Notes: generated from the letters alone by a model not told the origin. A stretch of 64,000 bases of DNA from an uncultured Acidobacteriota bacterium (GCA_963822445.1 CAWGHO010000001.1:224001-288000), one strand, 5' to 3'. Positions 8,637 through 22,015 are shown, counted from the stretch's first letter. Program-made: numbers and translations.

Positions 8637-11045
8637 CTAGGTGACGGGCTGCAAAGCGCCCTCTTCCAGCCAGCGTCCGACCAGGCGGCGGATGCGGTAG
8701 GAATCGACGGCGATGGTCGGCTCGAACTCGCCGACGGGCGTACCCGACGACGCCTTCACCCACACTTCGCGAATCAACGCCGCCTCGGTCTCTTCCGGAT
8801 CGGCGGACGGCTTCGAGGCGCCCGCGCGTAGGGTGAGATCGTCCGGAACGAAGATCAGCATCTGCCGCAGCTCGTCATGCCGGCGGATTCCTTCGAACAG
8901 CAGCGGCATGATCTCGTGCAGGTCCTTCGCTTTCGGAGGGGCCGTGCTCGGGACGAACGAAAAGGTTCCAGTGACCGGCTTCTCCAGCAGTTGATAAATC
9001 GCCTCGGCCGACCGCAGATGGCTGGCCTGCGCGTCGACGAACTTCCCGTTCACGAACAGAAGCTTCCCCGCGGTCTGTCCGGTTGCTCGGGCGACTAGCG
9101 TGACGATGCCCGTGGCCTGCTGATCCGCGAGCGACTGCATGAGCGACGGCAATCCGAAGAAATCCAGATCGCCCGTGAGAGTCGCACCTGGTTTTGCTGC
9201 CGCGGTCGCGCCGGTACCGCCGGCCTTGGCCAGCACGGCCGCCGCGGCCCGCCCGATCTCGTGATCGCCGAATTTCTCGGCGATCTCGCTGAAGAGCACA
9301 TCGACCCGTTCCGCGCGCGTTCCGGAGAGCGCCTCGATCAACTTCAGCGGCGGCTGCTTCGACGAGATGATGCGGCCGAGGACCTTCGTGGGAAGGTCAT
9401 CGCGGATCGCGCCGACGAGCACGTCGACGGTCTTCTCGTCGAAAGAAAGATCGTGTTGCGCGAGCGTGGCCAGCCGGCCGCGGGTGTCGCCGAGAAGCGG
9501 ATTCGGCTTCATGCCGTGGCGGGCGATCGTCAGCAGTGCCGAAGGAGTGGCGATGCGGCCGAGCGAAGCGCAGATGCGGTCGAGGACTTTCTGCAGCTCG
9601 TCAGCGGGATAGAGCGAGGTGTCTTTGCGCAGCAGGAGGGCCTCGAACTCCGCGAGGCGCGTGGTCAGCACGCGCGCGGCGGCATCGCTCTTGAGGTGCC
9701 CGAGTGGCACGACCGCTTCCTTGATGACGTAGATGTTCTGCCCGCGCGCCACGGCTTTGGTCAGCAGCTCCAGCTCTTTGTCGCTGTTCTCCTCAAGCTC
9801 ACGCGGGATGCGATGGAGGAGATAGATGACGTTGCGAAGGTAGTAGGTATCAACTTCGTTCGGCTCGCGCGCGAGCTCCTTCTCCAGCTCGACCAGCGCG
9901 TAATTTCGCGCGTCGGGTCCGTACGCCTCCAGGAGGCTGAGAAGGGCGCGGCGGCGCTCGGGACGCTGCTCGCCGCGGAGCTGATCGAACAGACTCTCGC
10001 GCGTCAGCGTCGGGAAAAAGCTCAAGGCCCGCCGCAGCATGCTGTGCTTGGCCTTGTTCTCGGTGTACTTCCGCAGCTGCTCGGCGCTGATCGATTCGAC
10101 GGCGTCGTGATGAATGCGATCGCTGGTCGAGGGATCGATCTTTTTCTCGCGCAACATCTGCGCGGCCAGCTCCAGCATCGAGACGGCCGCGCCGAGACCG
10201 CCGTTGTTGAAGTGGGCCACGGCTTCGCTCATGAGCTCGCGCAAGCGCCGCGCACTCTCCTGCGCGTCGGAGGTCAGGGCGATGATCTTGCGCATCGCCT
10301 CGATCGCCGCGGGCTGCTTCGCTTCGGACGGGACGGAGATCTCCCACTGCGGAACGGCAGCGGCCAGCACGTTCATCAGCTTTTCGGGATCGGTCTCACC
10401 GGTGTAGCTGCCGAGGCTTTTCAGATACGTCTTCAGCTCTTCCTCAGACGTCGAGCTCGCGGCGGCCATCGAGACCAGCTGCGCGGCCGGCTGCGGATCG
10501 ATCTTCGTGGAACCAGCTCCGCCGGACCCGAACGGAAGATGCTTCGTCAAACGCTCGACGATCATCGACAGCCGCCGCGTGCTTCGAGACACCGCTTCGG
10601 TGACGGCACCTTTCGGCGCGGCCTTCGGGGTGCTCTCGGTGCGACCGATGGGCACGACCGTCGTCGGTGTCTCGACAGTCGTCGTCTCGCGGAGGGCAGC
10701 GAGGCTTCGGCCGAGAAGCTCGCGCTCCTCCGGGGGGCAGGCCTGCAGCGCCAGCGGATAAACATTTTCGAGGTACTGCTCCAGCGCCGAGCGGTCGATC
10801 AGCCGCAGCATGCTGACCACGTGGATCTTCCGGATCGCGTGGAAGAGCAGGTCGCCCTGCGAGGCATCCTGATGGCGGGCCTGCTCGAGCGACCAGTTCT
10901 GGACCTGCCGCATCACCAGCTCAGGTGGAGCGGACATGAGTGTCTCCACCGCGTCGCTTGCGGTGAGCGGCGGGATCTGGTCCAGCAGGTATCGGTGCAG
11001 ATCGAAGAGAGCGATCTGAAATTCGGGGCTCGGATGCGGTTCCAC
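8637..11045 (-). CDS. Large helical-repeat protein with C-terminal DUF4388 domain
   Basis: Probable GTG start at 11045 after GAGGA; HEAT-like helices; C-terminal LTGDLDFFGLPSLMQSL..ATGIVTL..GKFVDA..GTFSF..LLFEGIRRHDE. Confidence 0.8.
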   Translation of the reverse strand: MEPHPSPEFQIALFDLHRYLLDQIPPLTASDAVETLMSAPPELVMRQVQNWSLEQARHQDASQGDLLFHAIRKIHVVSMLRLIDRSALEQYLENVYPLALQACPPEERELLGRSLAALRETTTVETPTTVVPIGRTESTPKAAPKGAVTEAVSRSTRRLSMIVERLTKHLPFGSGGAGSTKIDPQPAAQLVSMAAASSTSEEELKTYLKSLGSYTGETDPEKLMNVLAAAVPQWEISVPSEAKQPAAIEAMRKIIALTSDAQESARRLRELMSEAVAHFNNGGLGAAVSMLELAAQMLREKKIDPSTSDRIHHDAVESISAEQLRKYTENKAKHSMLRRALSFFPTLTRESLFDQLRGEQRPERRRALLSLLEAYGPDARNYALVELEKELAREPNEVDTYYLRNVIYLLHRIPRELEENSDKELELLTKAVARGQNIYVIKEAVVPLGHLKSDAAARVLTTRLAEFEALLLRKDTSLYPADELQKVLDRICASLGRIATPSALLTIARHGMKPNPLLGDTRGRLATLAQHDLSFDEKTVDVLVGAIRDDLPTKVLGRIISSKQPPLKLIEALSGTRAERVDVLFSEIAEKFGDHEIGRAAAAVLAKAGGTGATAAAKPGATLTGDLDFFGLPSLMQSLADQQATGIVTLVARATGQTAGKLLFVNGKFVDAQASHLRSAEAIYQLLEKPVTGTFSFVPSTAPPKAKDLHEIMPLLFEGIRRHDELRQMLIFVPDDLTLRAGASKPSADPEETEAALIREVWVKASSGTPVGEFEPTIAVDSYRIRRLVGRWLEEGALQPVT

Positions 11046-11147
11046 GTGTCCTCGACGAGAAGAGCCGCATTGTAGACGACGGCTCGCGTCGTTTCCGTTA
11101 TTGCCGCCTGCCGCAACATGGCCGCAGCCGTCCCGTAAACTGAAATT

Positions 11148-12479
11148 CTGAGCGACCGCTACACCGCCGACGAGCTGGCCCGCCTCACCGACGCGGACGT
11201 GATCCGCCGCGAGATCGACTCGCGCAACCGCAAGTGGCTTGCGGCGCTGCTGATCACGTTTGCGGTTTTCGCCATCGCCAACCTCATCCGGCACGCATTC
11301 AGTGGACCTGTTCCGGCGCTCATCTGGCGGACGGTGGTCGCGAACATGATCCTGAACATCGTCGCGGTGATCGCGCTGAGCCGCATGCGGCGCAACGTCA
11401 CCGCATGGGTGCTGGTCTTCTGCGTGCTGCAGTACTTCGTCGCGATTCACGACGGACCCAACTGGGTCTTCGGCGGGGTCAACGCCCTGCTCTTCTCGCG
11501 ATTCCGGCTGTCGCTGCCGCAGTCGATGACGCTGCACGCGATGATGGCCGCGGCGATGTTCGGCTTCGCCAGTGTCCATCCGGTACCTTCCACGAATCCT
11601 CACTTCAGCGAGGCGCACCTGACCCTGCTGCTGCTCGTGGTCAATGTGCTGTTCATGATTTGCGCGTTCGCGCTGCAGAACGTGGGCACACGGCGCGTCC
11701 GGCGCGAAATTCTCGAAACCTGGCGCGATCCTCTGCAGAACGCGCGCGAACAGGTGCGGATGCGCGACGAGCTGCACTACGCGCGGCAGTTGCAGCTTTC
11801 GATGCTGCCCGAGGCTCCGCCGCGGATCGATTGGCTGGAGATTGCGGCGATCTCGATTCCCGCCGCGGAAGTCGGCGGCGATTACTACGACTTCTTCGTC
11901 GAGCAGGATCGAGTTGCCATCGTGGCCTGCGACGTCGCCGGACATGGGATGCAGAGCGGCCTGGTGCTCGCCGCGATCCGCGGAGGGTTGATCACGACAC
12001 TGCGCCGTTCGATGACCACGCCCTCGGCCGTACTCAATCAGCTGCACGACCTGGTCATGCACACCAGCCGGCGGCGAATGCTGACCACGGCGGTCGTGGT
12101 TCTGCTCGATCGTGAAACGCGGCGGATGACCATCGCCAGCGCGGCCCATCCGCCGCTGGTCGTGCGTCGCGGAGAGTCCACCGAGGTCATCAACGTCTTC
12201 GCGCCACCCCTCGGCGTCCGCCTCCCCTTCGCACCGGCGGAGCGGACTCTCGACTTCGAAAGCGGCGACGTGGTGGTGATCCACAGCGATGGGGTTTACG
12301 AGTCGCGCAACACGGCGGGCGAGGAGTACGGCATGGACCGAATCCGGAACGTTGTCGCGGCCCAGCCGGCCGACGCCACGGCCGAATCGATCCGCGACGC
12401 GATCGTGCGCGAGGCGGAACAGTTCCGCGGACGCCCGCAGGACGATGACGCCACCGTGGTCGTAGTCCGGATCCGCTGA
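11148..12479 (+). CDS. Membrane-bound PP2C/SpoIIE (RsbU-like) serine phosphatase, paralog 1 (start CTG 11148 or GTG 11199)
   Basis: TM N-domain; ARQLQLSMLP, GGDYYD, CDVAGHG, HSDGV, DDAT. Confidence 0.9.
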   Translation: MSDRYTADELARLTDADVIRREIDSRNRKWLAALLITFAVFAIANLIRHAFSGPVPALIWRTVVANMILNIVAVIALSRMRRNVTAWVLVFCVLQYFVAIHDGPNWVFGGVNALLFSRFRLSLPQSMTLHAMMAAAMFGFASVHPVPSTNPHFSEAHLTLLLLVVNVLFMICAFALQNVGTRRVRREILETWRDPLQNAREQVRMRDELHYARQLQLSMLPEAPPRIDWLEIAAISIPAAEVGGDYYDFFVEQDRVAIVACDVAGHGMQSGLVLAAIRGGLITTLRRSMTTPSAVLNQLHDLVMHTSRRRMLTTAVVVLLDRETRRMTIASAAHPPLVVRRGESTEVINVFAPPLGVRLPFAPAERTLDFESGDVVVIHSDGVYESRNTAGEEYGMDRIRNVVAAQPADATAESIRDAIVREAEQFRGRPQDDDATVVVVRIR

Positions 12480-12516
12480 AAACCTTCTTCGCTGAAATCC
12501 GAACTACCATCGGCCT

Positions 12517-13856
12517 ATGGCTTTGCCGTACTCGCTCGATGAGATCGTGCGCACGTCCGATGAATCCGCGGTGCTCACGTTTTTCGACGAGCGCACCACG
12601 GCCGCGCTGCGCATTCTCTCGCTCGTTTTCCTGATCATCGCCGTGCCGTTCTTCATCGCCTCGGCGGTGCATGCGGAGGTGTTTCGCACGAACCTGTCCG
12701 CGGTCGCCATGTTGACCTCCGCCACGCTCTTCCTCGGCCTCCGCCGGAAGAAAGCGCGGCCGCGGCTCGCCAACTTCATCCGCCCCCGCGTGCGCGGCGT
12801 GGCCATGACCTTCGCCATCATCCAGACGACGATCCTGCTGATGGTGAACGCACCGAGCGAGGGCGTCGTCGCGCTGGCGGTCCTGATCCCGTTCGCGTTC
12901 GTCAGCTTCCGGCTTCTGCCGGCGGAACATGTCCTCCTGCACGCGACCCAGGCCGGGATCTCGGCCGTGCTCGTCGCCTTCTTCCTGGTCTCGAACGAAC
13001 CAAAACCGGGGCTGGTCATCCCCGTCCTCATGACCAACGGCCTGGCCATGACCCTGGCGCTGCTCATTTCGCGGCGGGTGCGGCGGAACATCACCGCGCA
13101 ATGGACGGAGCGCCGCCTGAGTGCGCGCGAGCAGATCCGCATGCGCGACGAGCTTCGGTACGCGCGCGAGCTGCAACTCTCGATGCTTCCCGAATGCGCG
13201 CCGCGGATCCCCTGGGCCGACCTTTGCGCGATCTCGATTCCGGCGACGGAGGTGGGCGGCGATTACTACGACTACTTCGTCGACGGCGATTGCGTCGCGC
13301 TGGTCTGCGGCGATGTGGCCGGACACGGCATGGCCAGCGGCCTGGTGCTCGCGTCGATGCGCAGCGGATTCACGTTGCTGAAGGAGTCGCTGTCGAATCC
13401 CGCCGTAGTCCTGCGCCGTCTGCACGATCTGATCGCCGAGACGAGCCGCCGCCGGATGCTCGTGACGGTGGCGGTGGTGCTGCTCGATCAGAAGAATCGC
13501 CGCGCCACGATCGCCAGTGCCGGCCATCCGCCGGTGCTCGTCGCCCACGCCGACGGCACGCTCGACACGCTCAACCTCTACGCACCGCCCCTCGGCGTCC
13601 GCCTGCCGGTTGCCATCCCCCAGCAGACCATCGACCTCCGCCCCGGCGACGTCTTCGTCCTCCACAGCGACGGCATCTACGAAACGCGCAACGAACAGGA
13701 TGAAACGTACGGACTGGAGCGTCTCGGACAGGTCGTGTTGGCCAACGCCGCGGAAAACGCGGAGACGCTACGGAACGCGATCATCGCGGATGTGGAGCGG
13801 TTTCGCGGGGGTGTGGCGCAGGATGACGACGTGACGGTGGTGGTGGCGAAGATTGG

Positions 13857-13860
<4 letters not shown>
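12517..13860 (+). CDS. Membrane-bound PP2C/SpoIIE (RsbU-like) serine phosphatase, paralog 2
   Basis: [32 protein letters not shown]; very similar to the upstream gene. Confidence 0.92.
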
Positions 13861-15754
<1,894 letters not shown>

Positions 15755-15798
15755 GAAGGCGGCGGGATTCTAGCGTGCCTGCTCGCGACGCGTTTGCT

Positions 15799-17286
15799 TC
15801 ATCGCGGCCTCATCCATCCGTGCATGTGCCACAGCGTCTCCAGGCGCAGGGCGCGCTGCTCCGCGGGCGAGAGCTCGCGAACGTTTCCCTGGCGGTCGAC
15901 GAAGCACTTGCGGCCGGGCAATGCCGCGAGCCGCAGCGACTCGACCATCCGCCGGTTCACGCTTCGGTGAGGGATGAATGCGACCACGGGATCACTGAGC
16001 CACTCCATCTTGTGAGCGATCCAGACATCGGCGTAGCAGACGCGATAACCACCCGCCGCGAGGGCTCGAAGCGTGCCTCTTGGATCGAAACCGCCCCAAT
16101 GTTCGAACTGCTCGCGTTTCGCGGCGGCGACCTCGCGCGCGTCGTGCGCTCGCGGAACGTAAAGCGCGAGCGTGATCACCACCGCAACGGCGGCGGCAAG
16201 CACACGGGACTGAACCTGTGGCCGATTCCACAACGCCACGATCTCCCTCGCCGCGAACGCGTACAGAATCGGCAACGCGATCACGATGTAGCGCACTGCG
16301 CCGTGATACGCGACGGTCGAGAGGACCCAGAAAGCAAACGCGGTTGCGACGATTCCCGCGGCGAAGAGCGTCTCCCTGCGCAGATCGAACCGGCGAGTGG
16401 CCATGAGCAGCAGGACGACGACGGCGGCGCCGAGGAGGATTCCAAGGAGGGAGCCGCTCGCGCCGATCAGCTGCCAGAAGTCCCACTGCGCCGTGTCCGT
16501 CAGCCGATCCAGCACGCGGCGAAATGCCCATCCCGGAGTGACCGGTGCGTAGAGCCTCTGATCGACTTCGAGCCGTCCGATGATCGCAGGCACGTAGCCG
16601 AGAGCGATCCCGCTCGCGAATACGAGCACGCCGGCGAGGAGGTCGCGTCGCGGCAGCCCGCGCGCGTCGAACCAGAAGATCACCGCCAGCGCCGGAAGCA
16701 CCACGAACGTGACTCCGCGATGAATCCACCAGCCGCTGCCCGCCAGCAGGCCGAGCACGAGCCAGTGCTGCAGACGTACGAACCGGAAACGGCAGACGTA
16801 CCAGAAGACCACCGCTCCAAGGAAAAAATACTGCTCGGCGCTGAGCGGCGCGTACGTCAGCTTGAAGAGGAACGCCGGACCGGCAGCCATCCACAACAGC
16901 ATGAGCAACGAAGCCCGCCGGCCGACCACGCTCCGCAAGCCGGCGTGAAAAAACAGCAATGCAGCGAGGACCTCGATCGCCACACCCAGCCGCAGCGCGA
17001 GCGGTCCGATCTCGTCGAGAAAGACCGTTCCGGCGATGACGGCGAATGCGGACGTCAGCGGCGCGAGGTAATCGCTCGCCCAGAAGATCAGCGGCACGTC
17101 GCCGGCCGCCATCGCCCGAGCCATGAGGCCGAGGAGCGCGGCGTCGCTGTGCCATCCGAGAAGCAGGCCGGGACGCACATACAGCGGGAATCGCAACGCG
17201 AAGAAGGCAAACACCGCGGCGGCGATCCCGGTGCACTCCCACCACGTCACCGGCCGGAAGCGGTCGCTGTCGGACGTTCGACTCAT
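15799..17286 (-). CDS. Polytopic membrane glycosyltransferase (GT-C / ArnT-PMT-like)
   Basis: About 11 TM helices; first loop WHSDAALLGLMARAM..G..P..FWASDYL. Alternative start at 17307. Confidence 0.7.
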   Translation of the reverse strand: MSRTSDSDRFRPVTWWECTGIAAAVFAFFALRFPLYVRPGLLLGWHSDAALLGLMARAMAAGDVPLIFWASDYLAPLTSAFAVIAGTVFLDEIGPLALRLGVAIEVLAALLFFHAGLRSVVGRRASLLMLLWMAAGPAFLFKLTYAPLSAEQYFFLGAVVFWYVCRFRFVRLQHWLVLGLLAGSGWWIHRGVTFVVLPALAVIFWFDARGLPRRDLLAGVLVFASGIALGYVPAIIGRLEVDQRLYAPVTPGWAFRRVLDRLTDTAQWDFWQLIGASGSLLGILLGAAVVVLLLMATRRFDLRRETLFAAGIVATAFAFWVLSTVAYHGAVRYIVIALPILYAFAAREIVALWNRPQVQSRVLAAAVAVVITLALYVPRAHDAREVAAAKREQFEHWGGFDPRGTLRALAAGGYRVCYADVWIAHKMEWLSDPVVAFIPHRSVNRRMVESLRLAALPGRKCFVDRQGNVRELSPAEQRALRLETLWHMHGWMRPR

Positions 17287-17334
17287 CACGATTCCTGGAC
17301 GGCTCATGGTAACCGCCCGCTAAGATTCGCCCTC

Positions 17335-19016
17335 ATGAAGCGAATCGCCGCATTCGTCCTCTCGCTCACCCTCTCGTTCACGCTCGCCGCACAAAAGAAA
17401 TCCTTCAGCGTGGTCGAGGCGTCGATCCCCGACATGCAGGCCGCCCTGCGCGACAAACGCATCACCTCGCGCGAGCTCGTCCTGCAGTACCTGGTGCGCA
17501 TTGCCACCTACGAGGACAAGCTCAACGCCATCATCACCGTCAATCCGAAGGCGCTCGAGGAAGCGGAGATGCTCGATCGCGAGCGCGCCGCGGGCAAACT
17601 TCGCGGTCCGCTTCACGGAATCCCCATCGCCCTCAAGGACAACATCCACACGACCGACATGCCCACCACCGGCGGCGCGCTGGCGTTCGCGGAGCTCGTT
17701 CCGCCGTACGAGGCCACGCTCACCACGAATCTGAAGAAGGCCGGCGCGATCATCATCGCCAAGACCCAGCTGACCGAGCTCGCGAACTGGGTGGCCGGCA
17801 CGCCCTCGATGCCGACGAACTACAACTCGCTGAACGGCTACGGCTTCAATCCCTACGACGCTCGCCGCGATCCGCGCGAGGCCACCGGCGACGGCCGTCC
17901 CGCGCTCGCCACGGGCGGCTCGAGCTCCGGCACGGGCACTGCCGCGAACTTCTGGGCGGCGAACGTCGGCACCGAGACCTCGGGATCGATCCTCAGCCCG
18001 GCCAACGCGAACATGCTCGCCGCGATCAAGCCCACCGTCGGCCGCATCAGCCGCTACGGCGTCATTCCCATCACCGCCGACCAGGACACGCCCGGCCCCA
18101 TGGCCCGGTTCGTCGTCGACACGGCGATCCTCCTCGGCGTGATGGAAGGCGAAGACCCGAACGACGCTGCGACCAAGACGTGTCCGCCTCCGCCGAACCG
18201 CGACTACACGCAGTTCCTGAAGAGAGACGGATTGAAAGGCGCGCGCATCGGCATTCCCCGCGCGCTGTACTACGACAAGACCACGCCTCCCGGCGCGAAG
18301 ACGACGCGCGGCGGCCTCAATGACGATCAGAAGAAAGTGATGGACGAAGCCATCGCCGTCCTCAAAGCGCAAGGTGCGGTGGTCGTCGATCCGGCGGACA
18401 TCCCCAGCGTCGTCGACACCGATGCGAAGAACAATCTGCTGAACTGGGGTATCTGCACGGAGATGGACGTGCTGAAGAAGAAGGAGTGCTCGATCGACTT
18501 CGCTTACGGCATGGAGCGCGACTTCAACGCCTGGCTCACCTCCCTCGGCGACAAGGCCCCGGTGAAGACGCTCGACAGAGCTGCGCGCGTGGAACCGGTC
18601 GCACGAGAAGCTGGGCGCGCTGAGGTACGGCCAGTCGCTGCTCGACTTCTCGGACGCGATGGACCTCGAGCTGTTCAAGCGCGCGCTACGAAGCCGATCG
18701 CGCGAACGACATCCGCCTCACCGGACCGCAGGGCATCGACGCGGCGATGAAGAATCACAAACTCGACGCGCTGCTCTTCCCCGGACCGAGCGGCGCCGCG
18801 CTGGCTGCGCGCCCGGGATATCCGACGGTGATGGTGCCGTTCGCGTTCGTGCCGAATGCGCCGACGACTGCTTTCCCCGAGGGGTTCAACGCGAAGCCGG
18901 CGCCGTACGGGGTGAGCTTCACCGGCGGCGCATGCAGCGAGCCGACGCTGTTGCGGCTCGCGTATGCGTTCGAGCAGGCCACGAAGCGGCGCGTGCAGCC
19001 GCCGGCATTTCCGTGA
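17335..19016 (+). CDS. Exported amidase-signature family protein (frameshifts at about 18575 and 18680)
   Basis: Signal peptide; GPLHGIPIALKDNI, GGSSSG, GTETSGSILSP, GYPTVMVP, LRLAYAFEQAT. Confidence 0.9.
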
Positions 19017-19201
19017 CCGAGTTCGTCGGAGTGACGTGTCCCTACTGCGGCGAGCCGGCGGAGCTCGACGTCGAGGAGGGCGGCGCGAGCCGGCAGTCAT
19101 ACGTGCAGGACTGCCCGGTGTGCTGCCAGCCGTGGCAGGTGGAAGTGACGCGCGATCGCGATGGGGATTGGAGCGCGACGTTGCGGACGAGCGACGAATA
19201 G
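19013..19201 (+). CDS. CPXCG-motif cysteine-rich small protein
   Basis: CPYCGE...QSYVQDCPVCCQP; GTGA overlap with the amidase stop. Confidence 0.85.
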   Translation: MTEFVGVTCPYCGEPAELDVEEGGASRQSYVQDCPVCCQPWQVEVTRDRDGDWSATLRTSDE

Positions 19202-19231
19202 CTTGCTACCATCCCCCGTCCCCTCCCAACC

Positions 19232-21865
19232 ATGCCTCTCGAACATGGCGCGCGTCTCGGACCGTACCTCATCGATGCCGAGATCGGCGCCGGTGGAATG
19301 GGCCATGTGTTTCGCGCGACGGACACGCGTCTCGATCGCGCGGTGGCGATCAAGGTTCTTCCCGAGCATCGCTGGAGCGATCCGCAACTCCGCCTGCGAT
19401 TCGAGCGCGAGGCGCGAGCGCTTTCGTCGGTGAGCCATCCCAATCTGTGCGCGCTCTACGACGTCGGTGAGCTCGAGCAGGGCGCGCCATACCTGGTGAT
19501 GGAACTGCTCAAAGGCGAAACGCTGCGAGACCGCCTCGACGCGGGAACGCTCCCCATCCGTAAGGCCCTGGCCTTCGCGTCGCAGATCGCCGCCGGACTG
19601 GCCGCCGCGCACGCGCAGGGCGTGATTCATCGCGACCTGAAGCCGGAGAACATCTTCATCACCAAAGGCGACCTGCTGAAGATCCTCGATTTCGGCCTGG
19701 CCACGCGCGCCACCGGTGCCACCACGCAGCTCATGACCGAGCCGGGCATGGTCATGGGCACGGCGTACTACATGTCGCCGGAGCAGATCCGCGGCACAAC
19801 TCTCGACACCCGCGCCGACATCTTCTCCCTCGGCGTCGTGCTCTTCGAAATGCTCACCGGCGAGGTGCCGTTCGCGCACCGCTCGCCGGTCGAGACGATG
19901 AACGCGGTTCTCACCGAGGAGGCGCCGGATCTGTTACCTGAATCGGTCGACGCATTGGTGCGCCGCTGTCTCGAAAAAGATCCGGAGCAGCGCTTCTCGA
20001 CCGCGCGCGATTTGATGTTCGCGCTCGACGCGGCGGCAAAATCCGTCCCCGCAACCGCCACGCCTACGCCGGCGCGACGATCCCTGCCGCCGGCTTCGGC
20101 AGCCGCGCCGAAGCGCACGCGATTGGTCGTGCTCGCACTGATCCTGGCGAGCATCCTCGCCGCCGCGGTCTTATCGCGAGGCTCGTTCGAGCGCGATGAG
20201 CCCGAGCCGCCGCGACTGCGAACACTCACCTCGTCCGGTCGCGACAGCGCGCCGGCGGCATCACCCGACGGACGCCTGATCGCCTTCATTTCCACGCGCG
20301 ACGGCCGGCCGCGCGTCTGGCTGAAGCAACTCGCCGACGGCACCGAAGCCGCGCTGACCGCAGGTCCGAACGATTCGTCGCCGCGATTCAGCCCCGACGG
20401 ATCAGTCCTGCTCTTCACCCGCGTCGAAAACCTCGCCAGCGCGATCTACCGCATCCCCATCCTCGGCGGCGAGCCGCGCAAACTGGTCGACAACGCGTTC
20501 GACGGCGACTGGTCTCCTGACGCACAACAGATCGCGTTCATCCGCAATCGAGCGGCGAATCAACGCCTGTCCACGCTTTGCCTCGCTTCCGTCAACGGCG
20601 GCGCGGTGCGCGAGATCTACGCGACCGTCGATGACGAGCTCGAAGCGCCGCGCTGGTCGCCCGACGGAAAGTGGATCGCTGTCACAAGCAATCCGCGCGG
20701 CACGAAGCCCGGCGCGATCATGCTCATCGACCCGAGCTCGCGCGAGACGCGCCTGCTTTCGCGCGCGAATCCGCACGGCCTGCTGTCCGGCGCAGCCTGG
20801 GCGAATCGCGGGAAGTCGCTGGTCTACGTCGAGATGGACACGCTCGCCGCCGGGCTGCCCCGCGTGCGCGGAGCGAGTGCCGTCATCCTTCACGACATCT
20901 CCAGCGATCGCGCCCGCGTGCTCCTGCGCAATCCGCACAGCGCCGCGGACACGATCGACGTGGCCGGTGAAGGCCGTCTCGTTTTTTCCGAGGATGTGAC
21001 GCGGCAGAGTCTGCAGGAGGTGCGGCTCGACGGGAGCGCGGGACGCTGGCTGTCGCGCGGCATGAGCGTCGATCGCCAGCCCGCATACGCTCGCGGCGGA
21101 CGAAGCGTGGTCTTCGCGTCGGATCGCGGCGGGAACGTCGATCTGTGGGAGCTGATGCTGGACAGCGGCAGCGTGCGGCGCCTGACGGATCACGCCGCCG
21201 TGGATTGGGATCCACGTCCATCGCCCGATGGAACGTCGCTGCTGTGGAGCTCGAACCGCGGCGGCCACTTCGAGATCTGGACGTCGGCGATCGACGGCTC
21301 GAATCCGCAACAGGTGACGCGCGACGGCGTCGACGCGGAGAACCCCACCCTGCCCGCGGCCAGCGACTGGATTTTCTACGACTCGAGCAATCCGAAGAGC
21401 GAAGGTCTGTGGCGCATCCCCCGCCGCGGCGGTGAAGCGCAACTGGTCGTCGCCGCGGAAACGATTCATCCGGAGGTGTCCGCGGACGGCGCATTCGTGG
21501 TGTATCAGCGCCCCGAAGCCGGCGGGACGTCGGCGCTCGACGTAGTCCGCGTCAGCGATCGGAAGGTGTTCGTGCTCGCATCAGGCTTCACCGGCGTGAC
21601 CACGCTGCGCCCACACTGGATCGGCGCAACACACACGATCGCATTCCGCGCACTCGCACCAAACGGCGGCGTCGCGCTGTTTGCGCAGGAGTTCAAACCA
21701 GGCGAGGACACGAGCGCGACGCGGCGGCAACTGACATCGCCCGAATCGGACTCAGTTGCGGAGACGTTCACGATCTCGCCGGATGGCACTCACGCGATTC
21801 TGTCGGTGATCGAAGAGGCGTCCGGCGTGATGCTCGCCGAGGGCGTGATTGGCGTTGGCCGGTGA
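19232..21865 (+). CDS. Hanks-type Ser/Thr kinase with TM helix and TolB-like PD40 propellers
   Basis: GAGGMG, VAIKVL, HRDLKPEN, DFGLA, YMSPEQ; repeated SPDG motifs. Confidence 0.95.
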   Translation: MPLEHGARLGPYLIDAEIGAGGMGHVFRATDTRLDRAVAIKVLPEHRWSDPQLRLRFEREARALSSVSHPNLCALYDVGELEQGAPYLVMELLKGETLRDRLDAGTLPIRKALAFASQIAAGLAAAHAQGVIHRDLKPENIFITKGDLLKILDFGLATRATGATTQLMTEPGMVMGTAYYMSPEQIRGTTLDTRADIFSLGVVLFEMLTGEVPFAHRSPVETMNAVLTEEAPDLLPESVDALVRRCLEKDPEQRFSTARDLMFALDAAAKSVPATATPTPARRSLPPASAAAPKRTRLVVLALILASILAAAVLSRGSFERDEPEPPRLRTLTSSGRDSAPAASPDGRLIAFISTRDGRPRVWLKQLADGTEAALTAGPNDSSPRFSPDGSVLLFTRVENLASAIYRIPILGGEPRKLVDNAFDGDWSPDAQQIAFIRNRAANQRLSTLCLASVNGGAVREIYATVDDELEAPRWSPDGKWIAVTSNPRGTKPGAIMLIDPSSRETRLLSRANPHGLLSGAAWANRGKSLVYVEMDTLAAGLPRVRGASAVILHDISSDRARVLLRNPHSAADTIDVAGEGRLVFSEDVTRQSLQEVRLDGSAGRWLSRGMSVDRQPAYARGGRSVVFASDRGGNVDLWELMLDSGSVRRLTDHAAVDWDPRPSPDGTSLLWSSNRGGHFEIWTSAIDGSNPQQVTRDGVDAENPTLPAASDWIFYDSSNPKSEGLWRIPRRGGEAQLVVAAETIHPEVSADGAFVVYQRPEAGGTSALDVVRVSDRKVFVLASGFTGVTTLRPHWIGATHTIAFRALAPNGGVALFAQEFKPGEDTSATRRQLTSPESDSVAETFTISPDGTHAILSVIEEASGVMLAEGVIGVGR

Positions 21866-21868
21866 GGC

Positions 21869-22012
21869 GACCGGGAGGCCTCCGGCGGGCCGGCCACGGG
21901 CCGGCAGGCGCTGGTTGTGCCTTCTGCGGAACTCGCAGTAGCTAGCGCGGATCGCGTTCACGCCAACATCAGCGCTGCCGGCCCGTGGCCGGCCCGCCGG
22001 AGGCCCCTGGTC
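21869..22012. repeat. 144-bp palindromic REPIN/MITE-like element, copy 1
   Basis: About 45-bp inverted arms (GACCGGGAGGCCTCCGGCGGGCCGGCCACGGGCCGGCAG...CTGCCGGCCCGTGGCCGGCCCGCCGGAGGCCCCTGGTC); lies between convergent genes. Confidence 0.85.
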
Positions 22013-22015
22013 AGC

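Noticed and set aside
11118-11138. MAAAVP-TAA in frame with phosphatase 1 as stop-codon read-through
   Set aside because: TAA is not a recoded codon and no SECIS-like context is present; TAAACT is better explained as a -10 box.
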